36,828 nucleotides of DNA from Thraustochytrium aureum (taxonomy: Eukaryota), in NCBI GenBank assembly GCA_012862495.1, contig BLSG01000203.1:1-36828 (forward strand), written 5' to 3'. Under the pieces are notes generated by a model that worked only from the letters and a program-made list of their open reading frames with translations, was not told the DNA's origin and searched no databases. Position 1 is the stretch's first letter, and every line of letters starts with the position of its first letter. Shown here one piece after another: positions 1 to 10,547 of the stretch. Both the position numbers and the translations under genes were made by a program.

Positions 1-30
1 CGGCGAGCAAGCGGCTCGGGACAACGCGGA

Positions 31-1059
31 ATGAGCGCGGATGGCATTGTTGGAGCGCGGTGGCGGCTCGCTGCAGGTTCAACTGCGCTCATCACGGTAA
101 GGATTGCGGGATCAGGTGTTGCTGAGGCCACGCGCGGCTCGACTGCGCTGCTGCGGTGACTGACTCGCGACGGGGGCGGTCGGCCGCCATGATGGCGTGA
201 CAGGGCGCCTCGCAGGGTATTGGGCTCGCCTGTGCCGAAGAGCTACTCGCGCTCGGGTGCCACAAGGTGTTCCTTGTCGCGCGCACGCCCGAGCAAGTTG
301 ACGCAGCCGTGGCTCGGCTCTGCGACCTCTATGGCCAAGGGCGAGCCGCCGGGATCGCACTAGACCTCGGGGATCCGAGCTCCGTGGCCGCCGTCGTAGG
401 CGCTGTCGAAAGCCAACTGGGCGGGCGCCTGGATATCCTCATCAACAATGTGGGCACAAACACGCGCAAAAAGATCGAAGAGACGACAGAGCACGAGTAT
501 GACTCGATGCTTTCGCTCAACGTACGCTGCACATTCTCGCTCTGTCGCGCCCTGGCCAAGCCGCTTTGGGACTCGAAGGCGTGCGTGGTCAACGTTGCAA
601 GTGTTGCAGGGATCCGCTCCAGCGGCACAGGGACCATCTACGCCCTGACGAAAGGCGGTAAGTCTTGCATACATACATGGCGGTTGCCCTCTTCGAATCG
701 TGCTGCGCGCCGACGAGGGCAAGAGCTGACCTGCACGTGCGGTTTCGGTCCTTTCAGCCATCGTTCAGTTTACGCGCGCGCTGGCGTGCGAGTGGGCCCG
801 CCGCGGTGTTCGCGTCAACTGCGTCTGCCCGTGGATGACCTACACGCCGCTCCTTCGCGACGCGGTGGCCAAGGACCCGTCTGCGGTTGACTTGGCTAGC
901 AGCGCGACGCCGATGCAGCGGCTTGCCGAGCCGCACGAGCAGGCGGCCTGCGTGGCCTTCTTGTGCCTCCCCGCGAGCAGCTACGTGACCGGCCAGGTGA
1001 TCGCTTGCGACGGGGGCATCTCCGCGCAGGGATTTGCCGGCCCATGCACCCAGCTGTAA
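31..1059 (+). CDS. Short-chain dehydrogenase/reductase, tropinone reductase-like; exons 31-96, 204-657, 758-1059
   Basis: Removing GTAAG..CAG introns 97-203 and 658-757 gives MSADGIVGARWRLAAGSTALIT|GASQGIG (TGxxxGIG), LDILINNVGTN, VVNVASVAG, catalytic YALTK, then G|AIVQFTRALACEWARRGVRVNCVCPW and ASSYVTGQVIACDGG. Confidence 0.93.
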
Positions 1060-1154
1060 GCGACCAAAGAAGAACGCCGCAAGAATCCGTCCGTGGCGGT
1101 CTCGCGCCGTTGCCATGCGAGACAGCGGCCGCCATCCGCGCAATACAAGCCCAC

Positions 1155-1190
1155 AAACAAACAAGCAAATAAACAAACAAACAAACAAAC
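1155..1190 (+). repeat. (AAAC)n microsatellite downstream of the SDR gene
   Basis: Imperfect run of aaac units. Confidence 0.8.
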
Positions 1191-1600
1191 GCCGTTTAAA
1201 TCAGCACGAGAACCGCTAGTCCCATGCCACCGCCAGCATGCGAGCGTCAGCGGTCCGCGAGGCGACCGTCCGCTTGTTGCACCCTGCGAGCCGCCCTTGA
1301 CCGCCCAAAAGCGCCAAGAGGCCAGCAAGCCCGAGCACAACGTGTCCAGCCCAATCTCGGGCAAACCAGGCTGGCAGGNNNNNNNNNNNNNNNNNNNNNN
1401 NNNNNNNNNNNNNNNNNNNNNNNNNNNNNNNNNNNNNNNNNNNNNNNNNNNNNNNNNNNNNNNNNNNNNNNNNNNNNNNNNNNNNNNNNNNNNNNNNNNN
1501 NNNNNNNNNNNNNNNNNNNNNNNNNNNNNNNNNNNNNNNNNNNNNNNNNNNNNNNNNNNNNNNNNNNNNNNNNNNNNNNNNNNNNNNNNNNNNNNNNNTT

Positions 1601-2824
1601 GGCGGCGGGTCTGGCAAAGGCCTGCTCGACAACGATTCGACTCCGCGCGCGCGGTTGGCGGCCTTCGATCTGTTTCCCAAGGTGGAGGCGCAGGTGGAGG
1701 TCCACACGCCGAGCGGCGGCGCCGTCACGGTGGTCTGCTTGGTTGTGATGGCCGTGCTTGTCGTGTCGGAGGTGAGCGTGCTGTTTCGGAGCGACTTTAG
1801 AGACAGGATTGCTCTGGACGGCCTGCTGCGCGAGCGGCTTCAGATCAACCTGGACATCACCTTTCACGCGCTGGCGTGCGCGCAGGTCGAGCTCGCCGCT
1901 ATGGATACCACAGGGGAGCACCAGGTCCAAGCCGACTCGGCGTTTGACAAGACTCCAATTCTTGACCCGACAATGCGGTCCTCCACCGCGGACTGCAAGT
2001 CGTGCTTTGGTGCCGGCGACGAGGGGCGCTGCTGCAACTCGTGCGCCGAGCTAGTGGAGGCGTACATCGAGAAGGGTTGGGACGCGAAGCAGGCAGTCGA
2101 CACGGCGCCGCAGTGCGCGCAAGAAAAGTCCAAGGGGCTCACGTTAGAGCAGATTGGCGAGCTGGCCACAACCGTCCAAGTGCATCACGGCTGCCGGCTC
2201 GCAGGCCAGCTCAAGGTCAACAAGGTGGCGGGCAACTTTCACGTCGCGCTGGGCCACGGCCGCAGTGTCAACGGCAGGATGATCTACCAGTTTGCGCCCT
2301 CGCAGCTTCCCTTTTACAACACGAGCCACACGATAAACTCGCTGTGGTTCGGAGACCGCGAGCTGCCGGGGTCGACCTCATCGGAGCAGGGATCCCGGCT
2401 GCTCGACGGCCGAACGCAGGTCGTGGACCCGCACAAGTCCAAGACTGGCGCATTCCAATACTATCTCGAGGTGGTCCCGACCGACTACAGGGGCCGACGC
2501 TACTACCAGTTCACGTCCCTCGAGCAGTTCAAGCCGGTCGGCGACGGCACCGGCGATGGGACTGACGAGGGCCCGGGCGCCAAAAAGGACGAAATGCACA
2601 AGGGGCACGGGCACGCGCAGCCGGCGGTCATTTCGACGCTGCCCGGGGTGTTTTTTGTGTACGAGATGTCCCCGTTTGCCGTGATCAGGACGGATCGCAC
2701 CGCGTCGCTGACAGAGTTTTTCACCAATTTGCTGGCAATCATGGGCGGCACGTTTGCCCTTTCCAAGTTTGTCGACGGCTTTCTCAACACGTTGCTTTGC
2801 AAAGTGCGCGGCGAGCCACGCTAA
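1601..2824 (+). CDS. ERGIC3: ER-Golgi intermediate compartment protein ERGIC3/Erv46-like; start codon probably lies in the upstream gap
   Basis: AFDLFPKV..TPSGGAVT followed by a TM; INLDITF; Cys cluster CKSCFGA..CCNSC; GC.LAG.LKVNKVAGNFH; FQYYLEVVPTDY; LPGVFFVYEMSP; C-terminal TM. Frame is open from the gap edge with no ATG before the conserved N-terminus. Confidence 0.9.
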   Translation, partial: GGGSGKGLLDNDSTPRARLAAFDLFPKVEAQVEVHTPSGGAVTVVCLVVMAVLVVSEVSVLFRSDFRDRIALDGLLRERLQINLDITFHALACAQVELAAMDTTGEHQVQADSAFDKTPILDPTMRSSTADCKSCFGAGDEGRCCNSCAELVEAYIEKGWDAKQAVDTAPQCAQEKSKGLTLEQIGELATTVQVHHGCRLAGQLKVNKVAGNFHVALGHGRSVNGRMIYQFAPSQLPFYNTSHTINSLWFGDRELPGSTSSEQGSRLLDGRTQVVDPHKSKTGAFQYYLEVVPTDYRGRRYYQFTSLEQFKPVGDGTGDGTDEGPGAKKDEMHKGHGHAQPAVISTLPGVFFVYEMSPFAVIRTDRTASLTEFFTNLLAIMGGTFALSKFVDGFLNTLLCKVRGEPR

Positions 2825-2977
2825 AATAGAGCTGCCCTTGCGCAGACGGAGAGTGGGCAACGGCGCTCCAGCTAGCTCTACTAGAGAGAGCGAGAGTTTG
2901 CGGCAGACTAGCTAGAGCTCGAGCCGCGCGAAAGAGAGAGACGAGGCCCCCGAAACCAATCTAGGCAGCTGCATCCG

Positions 2978-3007
2978 CGCGTGTGTGCGTGCGTGCGTGC
3001 GTGCGTG
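2978..3007 (+). repeat. (GCGT)n microsatellite between convergent genes
   Basis: gtgtgtgcgtgcgtgcgtgcgtgcgtg. Confidence 0.8.
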
Positions 3008-3285
3008 GCGAGGGCGGAGGAAGCATTTGGCGGCCTGCGTCCGCACAGAGCTGTCTGCAGTGGCTTGCCCTGTCATCTTATATTTCTTTTGCCAAACAAC
3101 AAAGGTTTAGTGACCTACCACTGCCGCTCATCGGGCTGGCTGTGCTCGTTGGCTTGGTTGATGAGCTGGCGTCCGCCTGTTGACGAGCAAGGCGCTCGCG
3201 CAGCCCGACACTCTTGCTAGCAAGCAGATGCCAACCGGTGAGGGGACTTGCGCGAGCGCCCTGTGCGAGAGCGAGGCATCTCGCT

Positions 3286-5745
3286 CTAGTGGGGCTCACC
3301 AAGCGAGACCAAGCACGGCCGCTCTGGTGCGCCGAAACCCTCGCCCGCAGTCTTTACAGACTCTTGCCGACGTAAAAGGTCCTGTTTTCGACGCGCCTCG
3401 TCGCGCTGGGCCTCAAGTGCGCGCTGGACCTCAACTGCCTCAGCTCGAGCGAGCCGCTCGCGCTCGCGTCTCACATCAGCCGCCTCCTCCAGGATGCGCT
3501 GTCCCCGTGCAGTACTCGTTAGGGTCTTGCGGACAAAGCGCCCGCGAAACTTGCACCACACGCGGTCCTGGCGGACCAGCTCTCGAAGTCTCGCGCGGAC
3601 TGGATACACGGGGAGACGCCCTGCGAGCCGTGCGAGCTTGTCGCCTCGACGCAGCGCGAAGGCGAGCGAGTTTTTCGGGATCGAGACCACCTCCACGCAG
3701 GTCTCAGCGACGATGGAGATACTGTGGTGCCTGCTCGCGTTTTCGCCGAGGAGGGCTTGGTGCGCGAGCACATCCCCAGCGCTTTTGTTTGCAAATTGGT
3801 ACAGGTACCAGTCGCTCTGTGATGCTTCCGGTCCAGCTTTGGAGCGACTGCTCGAGTCGCTGGCCTCGGAAGTGCTGTCGCCCTCGCGGTCGTCCTCGCC
3901 GTTTGAATCCGAACTGGCTGCAAGTGCGCTGTACGCGCACAATTCCGCCAAGGGAATCTCGCTCCCGTCCTTTCGCACGTGCTTGAAAACGTTGCAACGG
4001 CCGATGCGAAGGACGGTGAAGAACTCGTTCTCGTCTACGAGTTGGCCCTGTCTGACAACGTACGAGCCTTGCGCGTACCGCCGCGCGGTGGCGTTCCACG
4101 CCAGCTGCGTGAGCTCCTCGTCGTTCAGGTCGGAAAGCGCCGGCACGCTCGAAAGGAAGCGGCGGGGCCCGTTGATCTTGTCCTCTTCGTGGCGCCGTAT
4201 GATCGCTCGGTAGTCGCTGGCTTGGATGCGAAGGAGCTCGCACGCCGACTCGGCGACGACTGCGGCTTTGCGAATGCCAGGTGGGTCGGTGCGGAGCGCA
4301 AGGCCGCCAAAGCCCTCGCCCGTCGTGTACCTCACAATTGTGTCCGCGACCTCGAGCTCGGCGAGGAGCGAGCTTGCCCTTCGGCGCGGGGCTGCGCCTG
4401 ATCGCCGCCCAATCTGGTCCCGCCCAATCTGGTCCTTTTGGCTCAGTTTGCGGCCGAGCCGCGGAGCATTCGATCCTCGCTTTTCGGCTTGCGCCGCCGC
4501 GCCGCCGAGCCCCGCCGACGACTTTCGCTTGCGAGAAAGCCGCCGCGACTGCCGGTATAAGAGCGCGACAGAAGGCCGTGCTGGCTGCCGCTTCATGAAC
4601 GAGCGCACCCGCTTTTGCAGCGCGGCTGCGTCAGACTCTGGGTCGCGGACTTGCACCGCGACGGTGCCGAAGAGCACGACATAGTAAAAGTCGCCAGGCT
4701 CGCCTTGCCGGAAAATAACCTTGTTTGCCGGCATGCTAATGAGGCACGCGTGCTGCGCGAGCAGGATGCGCTCTTTCAGCGAGATCCCGAACTCGCGGAA
4801 CACTTTGACGTGCTTGAGCTCCTCTGCAACGAATCCAACGTCGCGGTATGTGCGCGACTCGGGCGCGTCGACCAGGCACTTGCGCAAGCGCTCGTAATCG
4901 GAGAAGGCGGCCACCGAGTCTTTCGGCGCTGAACCGAGCATGTTTTTGACGGCGAGGAAGGCCTTGCAAATTTTGCGGACGGTTTCCCATCGCTCCTGAA
5001 TGCGCTTGACGCGCATCCGCTCAGCCGAGTCCTGCTGATAGGCTTTTGCCATTAAAGCGACCTTGCCAACGAGCTTTGCTTTCTGCTGGAGCATTTTCTG
5101 TGACCGGTGCAGCTTCCCGCCCAGCAGGGAGGAGCGCCGAGCGACCTCGGACGCCTCGAGCTCGTCTTGGACTTCGTCCCCGACAAGTGTGCTCTTCCTG
5201 CGCGCCATGCTTTTCAAGAGCGAGCTTCCCGTCGTCTTGTTCAAGGCGTCCATGAGGAGCTCGGAGCGCCGTGAAATCGTCAGTCGCCGCAGCCGGCCTT
5301 CGGGGATGCCATCCCCGTCTCCGAGGCCTGCTTCGAGCTGCGCCTCAGCTTGGTTGCCCTGGAGAGAGCCCTCGCTTCCTGGGTCGGACATTCGGCCTCT
5401 TGCAGCGCTTGGCCTTTGCGCGGCCTTCACTCGCGCTTCAATATTCAGCACGTCCACGAGGTCCGCGATCGAGCCTCGCGCTTGCGAGCGCTGTTCAGCT
5501 GCAGCACCGTTGTTTGGAGGCCGCCCAGGAGACGCTGTCGAGTGCCTGGCGTGCGTCGCCGTTACCTCTCCCGACTTCCTGGCCGCCCTTGGCGAGGCCA
5601 TCGAGCTTCGCCGTGCCACGGCGGCTTCTCGCGGCCTCGCCGGAGCCTTCCCATCCGGGGCGCCAAGATCATCGCCGCCAGCTCCGGCCCGGCAGCCATC
5701 GCGGCCGTGCCAGGTCGTCCTGAACGTGCGCTGCCTCTTCTTCAT
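3286..5745 (-). CDS. Cyclic-nucleotide-binding domain protein (two cNMP domains, disordered N-terminus, charged helical C-terminus)
   Basis: 819-aa ORF. Domain 1: VIFRQGEPGDFYYVVLFGTVAV...GEGFGGLAL..PGIRKAAVVAESACELLRI. Domain 2: FLSSVPALSDL..YAQGSYVVRQGQ..SIVAETCVEVVSI. Confidence 0.85.
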   Translation of the reverse strand: MKKRQRTFRTTWHGRDGCRAGAGGDDLGAPDGKAPARPREAAVARRSSMASPRAARKSGEVTATHARHSTASPGRPPNNGAAAEQRSQARGSIADLVDVLNIEARVKAAQRPSAARGRMSDPGSEGSLQGNQAEAQLEAGLGDGDGIPEGRLRRLTISRRSELLMDALNKTTGSSLLKSMARRKSTLVGDEVQDELEASEVARRSSLLGGKLHRSQKMLQQKAKLVGKVALMAKAYQQDSAERMRVKRIQERWETVRKICKAFLAVKNMLGSAPKDSVAAFSDYERLRKCLVDAPESRTYRDVGFVAEELKHVKVFREFGISLKERILLAQHACLISMPANKVIFRQGEPGDFYYVVLFGTVAVQVRDPESDAAALQKRVRSFMKRQPARPSVALLYRQSRRLSRKRKSSAGLGGAAAQAEKRGSNAPRLGRKLSQKDQIGRDQIGRRSGAAPRRRASSLLAELEVADTIVRYTTGEGFGGLALRTDPPGIRKAAVVAESACELLRIQASDYRAIIRRHEEDKINGPRRFLSSVPALSDLNDEELTQLAWNATARRYAQGSYVVRQGQLVDENEFFTVLRIGRCNVFKHVRKDGSEIPLAELCAYSALAASSDSNGEDDREGDSTSEASDSSSRSKAGPEASQSDWYLYQFANKSAGDVLAHQALLGENASRHHSISIVAETCVEVVSIPKNSLAFALRRGDKLARLAGRLPVYPVRARLRELVRQDRVWCKFRGRFVRKTLTSTARGQRILEEAADVRRERERLARAEAVEVQRALEAQRDEARRKQDLLRRQESVKTAGEGFGAPERPCLVSLGEPH

Positions 5746-5905
5746 CGCCCGCCAGCGCCTTGTGGCAGCCAGCGAGCCAGGCCGAGCACTGCGTCAAGGC
5801 CCACCTCGTCGGCTTNNNNNNNNNNNNNNNNNNNNNNNNNNNNNNNNNNNNNNNNNNNNNNNNNNNNNNNNNNNNNNNNNNNNNNNNNNNNNNNNNNNNN
5901 NNNNN

Positions 5906-5928
5906 AGCAGCAGCAGCAGCAGCAGCAG
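5906..5928 (+). repeat. (CAG)n tract at a gap edge
   Basis: agcagcagcagcagcagcagcag directly after the N-run. Confidence 0.85.
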
Positions 5929-6238
5929 CGGCAGAGCCGTGCAACGCAGCGACAGCGGCGGCGGCGTGTCGTCCTCGATGGTCATTTGCAACATCGTCGC
6001 ATTCGAAAAAGATCCGTTTTGAGTGAGCAATCCCACGAGGTGTGCGCTAGTTTCTGTCCTTCCTCTACCTTCTTTGTGAAAAGTGCACACCGATCGAGTT
6101 CCGCTTGAGAAGGGCGAGGGAACGGGTTCCGAAAGATGTTCCCGCGAATTGAGTGCGCACGGGCGACAGTGGGTGTGCGTTTTGCGCGCGCGTTTCTGTG
6201 AATGGCGCAAACGGCCATGTTGTGTTTGTGACGGGCAG

Positions 6239-7596
6239 GCAGGTCCCGAACGCGGTGGCGCGCGTACGGCGGCGTGAGCGGCGCGGTTGCTGGCAGGCTT
6301 TCAGCGTGGTGCGTACTGGTATACGGCGCATTCTTTCATCCGGCGGCTCGCTGTCGTGGCGCTTGGCTGCGGTACTCTTGGGCGTCTTTGACGTCCCGCG
6401 ACATGGACCACGCCCGCGGCGGTCGCCTTCATGCCGCGGACGCTGCACTTGGACGACGGCGTCGGAGGCGGAAAGGGTTCGCAAGGCTCAAGCTTGCGAG
6501 ACTTGAGGCCGCAGTGATCGAGGACGATGAGGACGCGGATGCGCTGCAGCAACTCGGGGTGGTGCTGTTCGAGGACGGCGCGTTTGCGGAGGCTACTGCG
6601 AGGCTTGTGCAAGCGATGGAGTGCGGCGCGCGGAGCGTCAACGTGGTGGCCACCATTGCGTGCTGCTTGTACGAGACGGAGCAGCTGGAAGACTCGTGCG
6701 CCGCGTTCCGGAAAGCGCAGTCGCTTGCGTTCGCCTCGCACGCAACGCTGAGCGTTGAAATTTGCAGCTACATGGCAAGAGCACTCGCTCAAACCGGCCG
6801 CGCCAGGGAGGCGCTCCAGGCGTGCACGAGCTGCCTCAATCACCGTACTAGTATTGCTGCGCCGTTTGAGACCTGCCGTTTCGGCGGCACTGGTGCTTTA
6901 CACATTTACGCCGCGTCCCTCTGCCAAAGGCTTGTCGACGTGGACGGCGCATTGCACCACCTGGAGCGCGCCCACAAATGTTCTGAAGAGGATCTGGCTC
7001 CATACGTCGCGAACGAAGTGTGGCTATTGGTCTCGCACGTGTACGGCCTCGCGGGCCAGAGCGTTTTGGAAAGGCGCGCAGGTGAACAAGCAGGCCAGGT
7101 TGGGGCGCGGGAGTGGGCCATCCTTGCAGCCAAGCACGAGCTTCAGCACGACTTTGAGGGGGCTTTGGACTTTGTCGACGAGGCCTTGAGCCGGGATCCT
7201 TGCAACCCGAAGCTGCTGCGAGCAAAAGCACGATGCATCAAGTGCACAAAAGCAGTGCCCAGCCCTGACGATGTCGAGAGGGCCGCAGCGACAGAGGAGC
7301 TCGCCAGCGACATTGAGGCCACGAACGGGACGGAGTGGGACGAAAAGAGCCCGGAAACTGCAGACGAACGCCGGGGTTTTGCTCGGAGCAACCAGGCTCC
7401 AGAACCGTGCGCAACGGTGCGGTTCAACAGGGCCCGCTTTGAGCGCAAGCGCCCAGCGGTCCGTGCTGGAGCGCTCAAGCCGCTCGAGCAAGGCACCGTG
7501 AACTCTTCAACTCGAGCAAGCCATGGCTCTGGAAGCCCAGGCGAACCTAGCGGCGTGGAGACCGGGGGCGCCGGCTCCGGACACGGAGGCCTGTGA
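6239..7596 (+). CDS. TPR-repeat protein; main exon, with an upstream exon probably ending at 6022 and the start in the gap
   Basis: TPR-like helices: DADALQQLGVVLFEDGAFAEATARLVQAME, SYMARALAQTGRAREALQAC, DFEGALDFVDEALSRDPCNPKLLRAKARC. Candidate donor GTGAGC at 6023 and tandem CAG acceptors ending 6238/6242. Confidence 0.7.
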
Positions 7597-8618
7597 ACGA
7601 CCACGCAGCGAGCTCTGCAAGCGAGGTCCCGGGAACATGTGCAGCAAGCCAAGGGCTGAATAGCTCGACGCCAACATCGCCTGGCAAGCGCGCAACGCGT
7701 GCAGGCGGTGCTGCGTCGCACGGGCGAACAGCGCACAGAAGCCCCCTCGCAATGGCTCAAAACCGGAACCGCTTGAAAACGCAGCTGCACCAAGTCAATG
7801 CAAGCCCGTTCCGCAAGTCGACCAAAATCAACAATCCCTACCTTGACGGCCGCCTGGACCTGACCAAGTTCGCAGCGCGGCGAGCCTCTGCGACGTCTCG
7901 CGGGTCGGTCAGCTCTGCCTCGTCGGGGCATGGTGGAGGCGCCGCAACAGATGGCCAGGAGCTGGCGATGGCGCAGACCAGGATGACAGAGTCGGCGGCT
8001 GCGCCAGCCGCGAAGGTTCAGCTCGATCACGCGCGACTGAGCAACACCGAATTTCACGGGCGGCTTGAGAATGCCTCGACGCCCGCGACGAGTGAATCTG
8101 GAAATGGTGCAGGGCCTAGGAGACCTGCAGAAGGAGGGGAGCCGATTCCGACGATAGCGATTGGCTCCGTATGGGATGCGCGCGCCGGCTCTGGCGGCCC
8201 GCAGCGGCCCGTCGTTGGCGATGAAATGCTAGACCCGCCACCACCCAGTTGCCTGGGCAATCTCCCAACATTTCTGCCAGGACCCGGAGACGCTCAAGTG
8301 CCCCAAGAGAAGGAGGACAACGGGGACAACGAGGACGGCCTCACGCCCGATGCGGTGGATGAGCCTGGTGCGACGGACGAGATCGGAGTTCGCCATCACG
8401 AATTCGCGGAACCGCGGCACGACAGTCAGAATGGGCAAGAAAGTGGACCAGGCAGCATTTCACCAAAGATCGAGCTCCAGGAACTCCACGAAAACGAGGC
8501 ACAGGCCAAAGTCGCGCCGCAACTCTCCGCCAAGCTCCAGCCAGAAGGCAGTGCTGTTGTGGCGATCGAGGTGCCAGAGAACAACGATGAGGAGACTGGG
8601 CCGCTCTCCCACGACAAC

Positions 8619-8649
<31 letters not shown>

Positions 8650-9977
8650 GCGACGACGACGACGATGAGAACGCGTACCCCGATGACTTTCTTGTAGAAG
8701 CGGACTCGGTTCGTTCGCCCGCTGCGGCTGCCGCCGTTGGTCGCCGCGAGACTGTCGTGCCTGACTTTGCGATTCTTCAGAGCGAAGTTCAAGAGGCTTG
8801 TGTTGACGAGGAGTCGCATGTGCAGCACGACGGGTCGCTTCATGACGATGAGGGATGGGCTGAGGAGGATGGCGCGCTCACGGATCAAGCTGCCGCTCTC
8901 GAGGAGGCGAGCGCGGAAGCGCGGCCCGAGTCACCGGTCCTGAGGGCGCGCCGGAGCACAGTAGTTGAAATGCTCCCTGTGCTCGTCCCAGAAACGGTTG
9001 CGCAAGAGTCCGAGACGCCTCTCGCTGGCGAGGAGCTGTCTATTGAAGTCGAGCCGCTGCAAGAGGGCGAGCCCTTTGAGGTGGAGCCTCTCGGCGACCT
9101 GCATCAAAACTCCCCCAAGCCAGCACCTGCGTACGCCAACGCGGCCGGGGAAATCGTGGTTGCAGCCATCGAGCGCACCTCCGACACCGCCGAGAAAGAG
9201 GAGGAGGTCGACCTGGCCTCAGACTCGCGCGCGGAAACAGCGATGGCGGGCTTGGCGGCGTCGCCGCTGCTGCAGAGCTCCGACGTTCGGCCTACTCCTG
9301 AAAGCAACAGCAGTCCGCAACCGATCGTCGCGAAACCGCTGGATGAGGACACGCAGGCCCCCGACGGTCGACCAGGCGCTCGAGATGCTCACCAGTCGGC
9401 AGGAAAAGAAATCGAAGCGCAGGAGGAGCCCATGAGTCCTGTGGAAAAAGCGGCCGCATTGTTGGCCATGATCGACCAGGAGGAGTCTGACAGAAGAACG
9501 CTGATTTCCAGATTGGGGTCCTCGTCGTCGCCGACTACGAATCGGTCAACAATGTCGTTCAGTTCCACGGCAAGCCGCAGCATTGGTGGCGGTGTGAGCA
9601 CGCGAAGCGGACTCTCTGTTGGAGCAAGCAGGTCGAGGCCGTCGCATCTGCTCGCGTCCTACGCAGAGGCAACGGACGCGCAGCTGATGAGTGAGTCTGG
9701 ACAAAACGACGACGTTGGCGTGGGCGGCGAGGAAGGCGGCGAGGAAGGCGGCGAGGAAGGCGGTGAGGAAGGCGGCGAGGAAGGCCGCGCGGGGGCGTCG
9801 CCGTCTTCTCTTCGATACTCGTCCACCACGCAGAGTCCGCTGTCTGGTGTCGGCGAGCGGCCCGCCTCCTCCTTTGATGCGGTGGCTGCCGCTCAGGCGC
9901 TGCTCGAGTCGCTCGACCGCGAGGGCTCTGTCTCGGACGAAAGCGTCCCAGAAGACTCGGACCACTACACCTACTAG
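7593..9977 (+). CDS. Long acidic low-complexity/disordered ORF (first ATG 7752); possibly the C-terminal part of the upstream TPR gene
   Basis: 794-codon open frame rich in E/D/A/P/S, with poly-G/poly-D and GGEE repeats; no recognised domain. Confidence 0.65.
9724..9786 (+). repeat. 12-bp coding tandem repeat (GGCGGCGAGGAA, about 5 copies) encoding GGEE
   Basis: Seen directly; the protein reads GGEEGGEEGGEEGGEEGGEEG. Confidence 0.9.
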
Positions 9978-10547
9978 AGGCTACAGAGTAAGTAGAGGCC
10001 TTCGAGTTGGCCTGTGCGGATGTCTCGCAGGCGGTGTTGGCCTTTCAGGTGAGCCCAAGTGGTCATCTCGCATCATGAGTCGCACATCGTCCTCCTCCGC
10101 CAACGGATCCTCCAAGGGGCGACCCGACCCGCCTCAGCCAATCCCCCATACTTCGGCTCGATTCTCAGCGGCCTGGAGTTCAAGTGCCGCAGCACTTCCT
10201 CCAAGGCTCGATTTCCAGCACCCGTTCTTGTTCGTGGCGGTGCTCAAGACACTGCGCTGGAATAAAACAGGCGGCGCAACGCAAGGCCGGCCCGGGGGCC
10301 TCATCACGTCGGCACGCCGCGCTGCTTCCAGAGCGCGTGCATCCATCTCCACCTCCTGCCAGGCCCGCCAGGCACATAACTGAGAGAGTGTGTGCATGCA
10401 CGGATGCACGGATGGTATTCGTAGTGACCCAGCGAGTTTGGCAGTTTGTTTCCCCGCAGGCAAACTTTACAAAGCACCGAGGATAACACCACAGAGCAAA
10501 CTCCAACACCGATATTTACCCGAGCAGCGATATCCACACAGCACGAT

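Noticed and set aside
7593..7596. GTGA overlap as bacterial-style translational coupling
   Set aside because: The region is eukaryotic with spliceosomal introns; splicing or an indel explains it better.
9982..10380. Minus-strand frame with one in-frame TGA (EVWGIG*GGSGRPLEDPLAEEDD) as a selenoprotein
   Set aside because: No CxxU/UxxC context, no recognisable selenoprotein family, no SECIS identified; long frames arise easily at this GC content. A small minus-strand gene here is not excluded.
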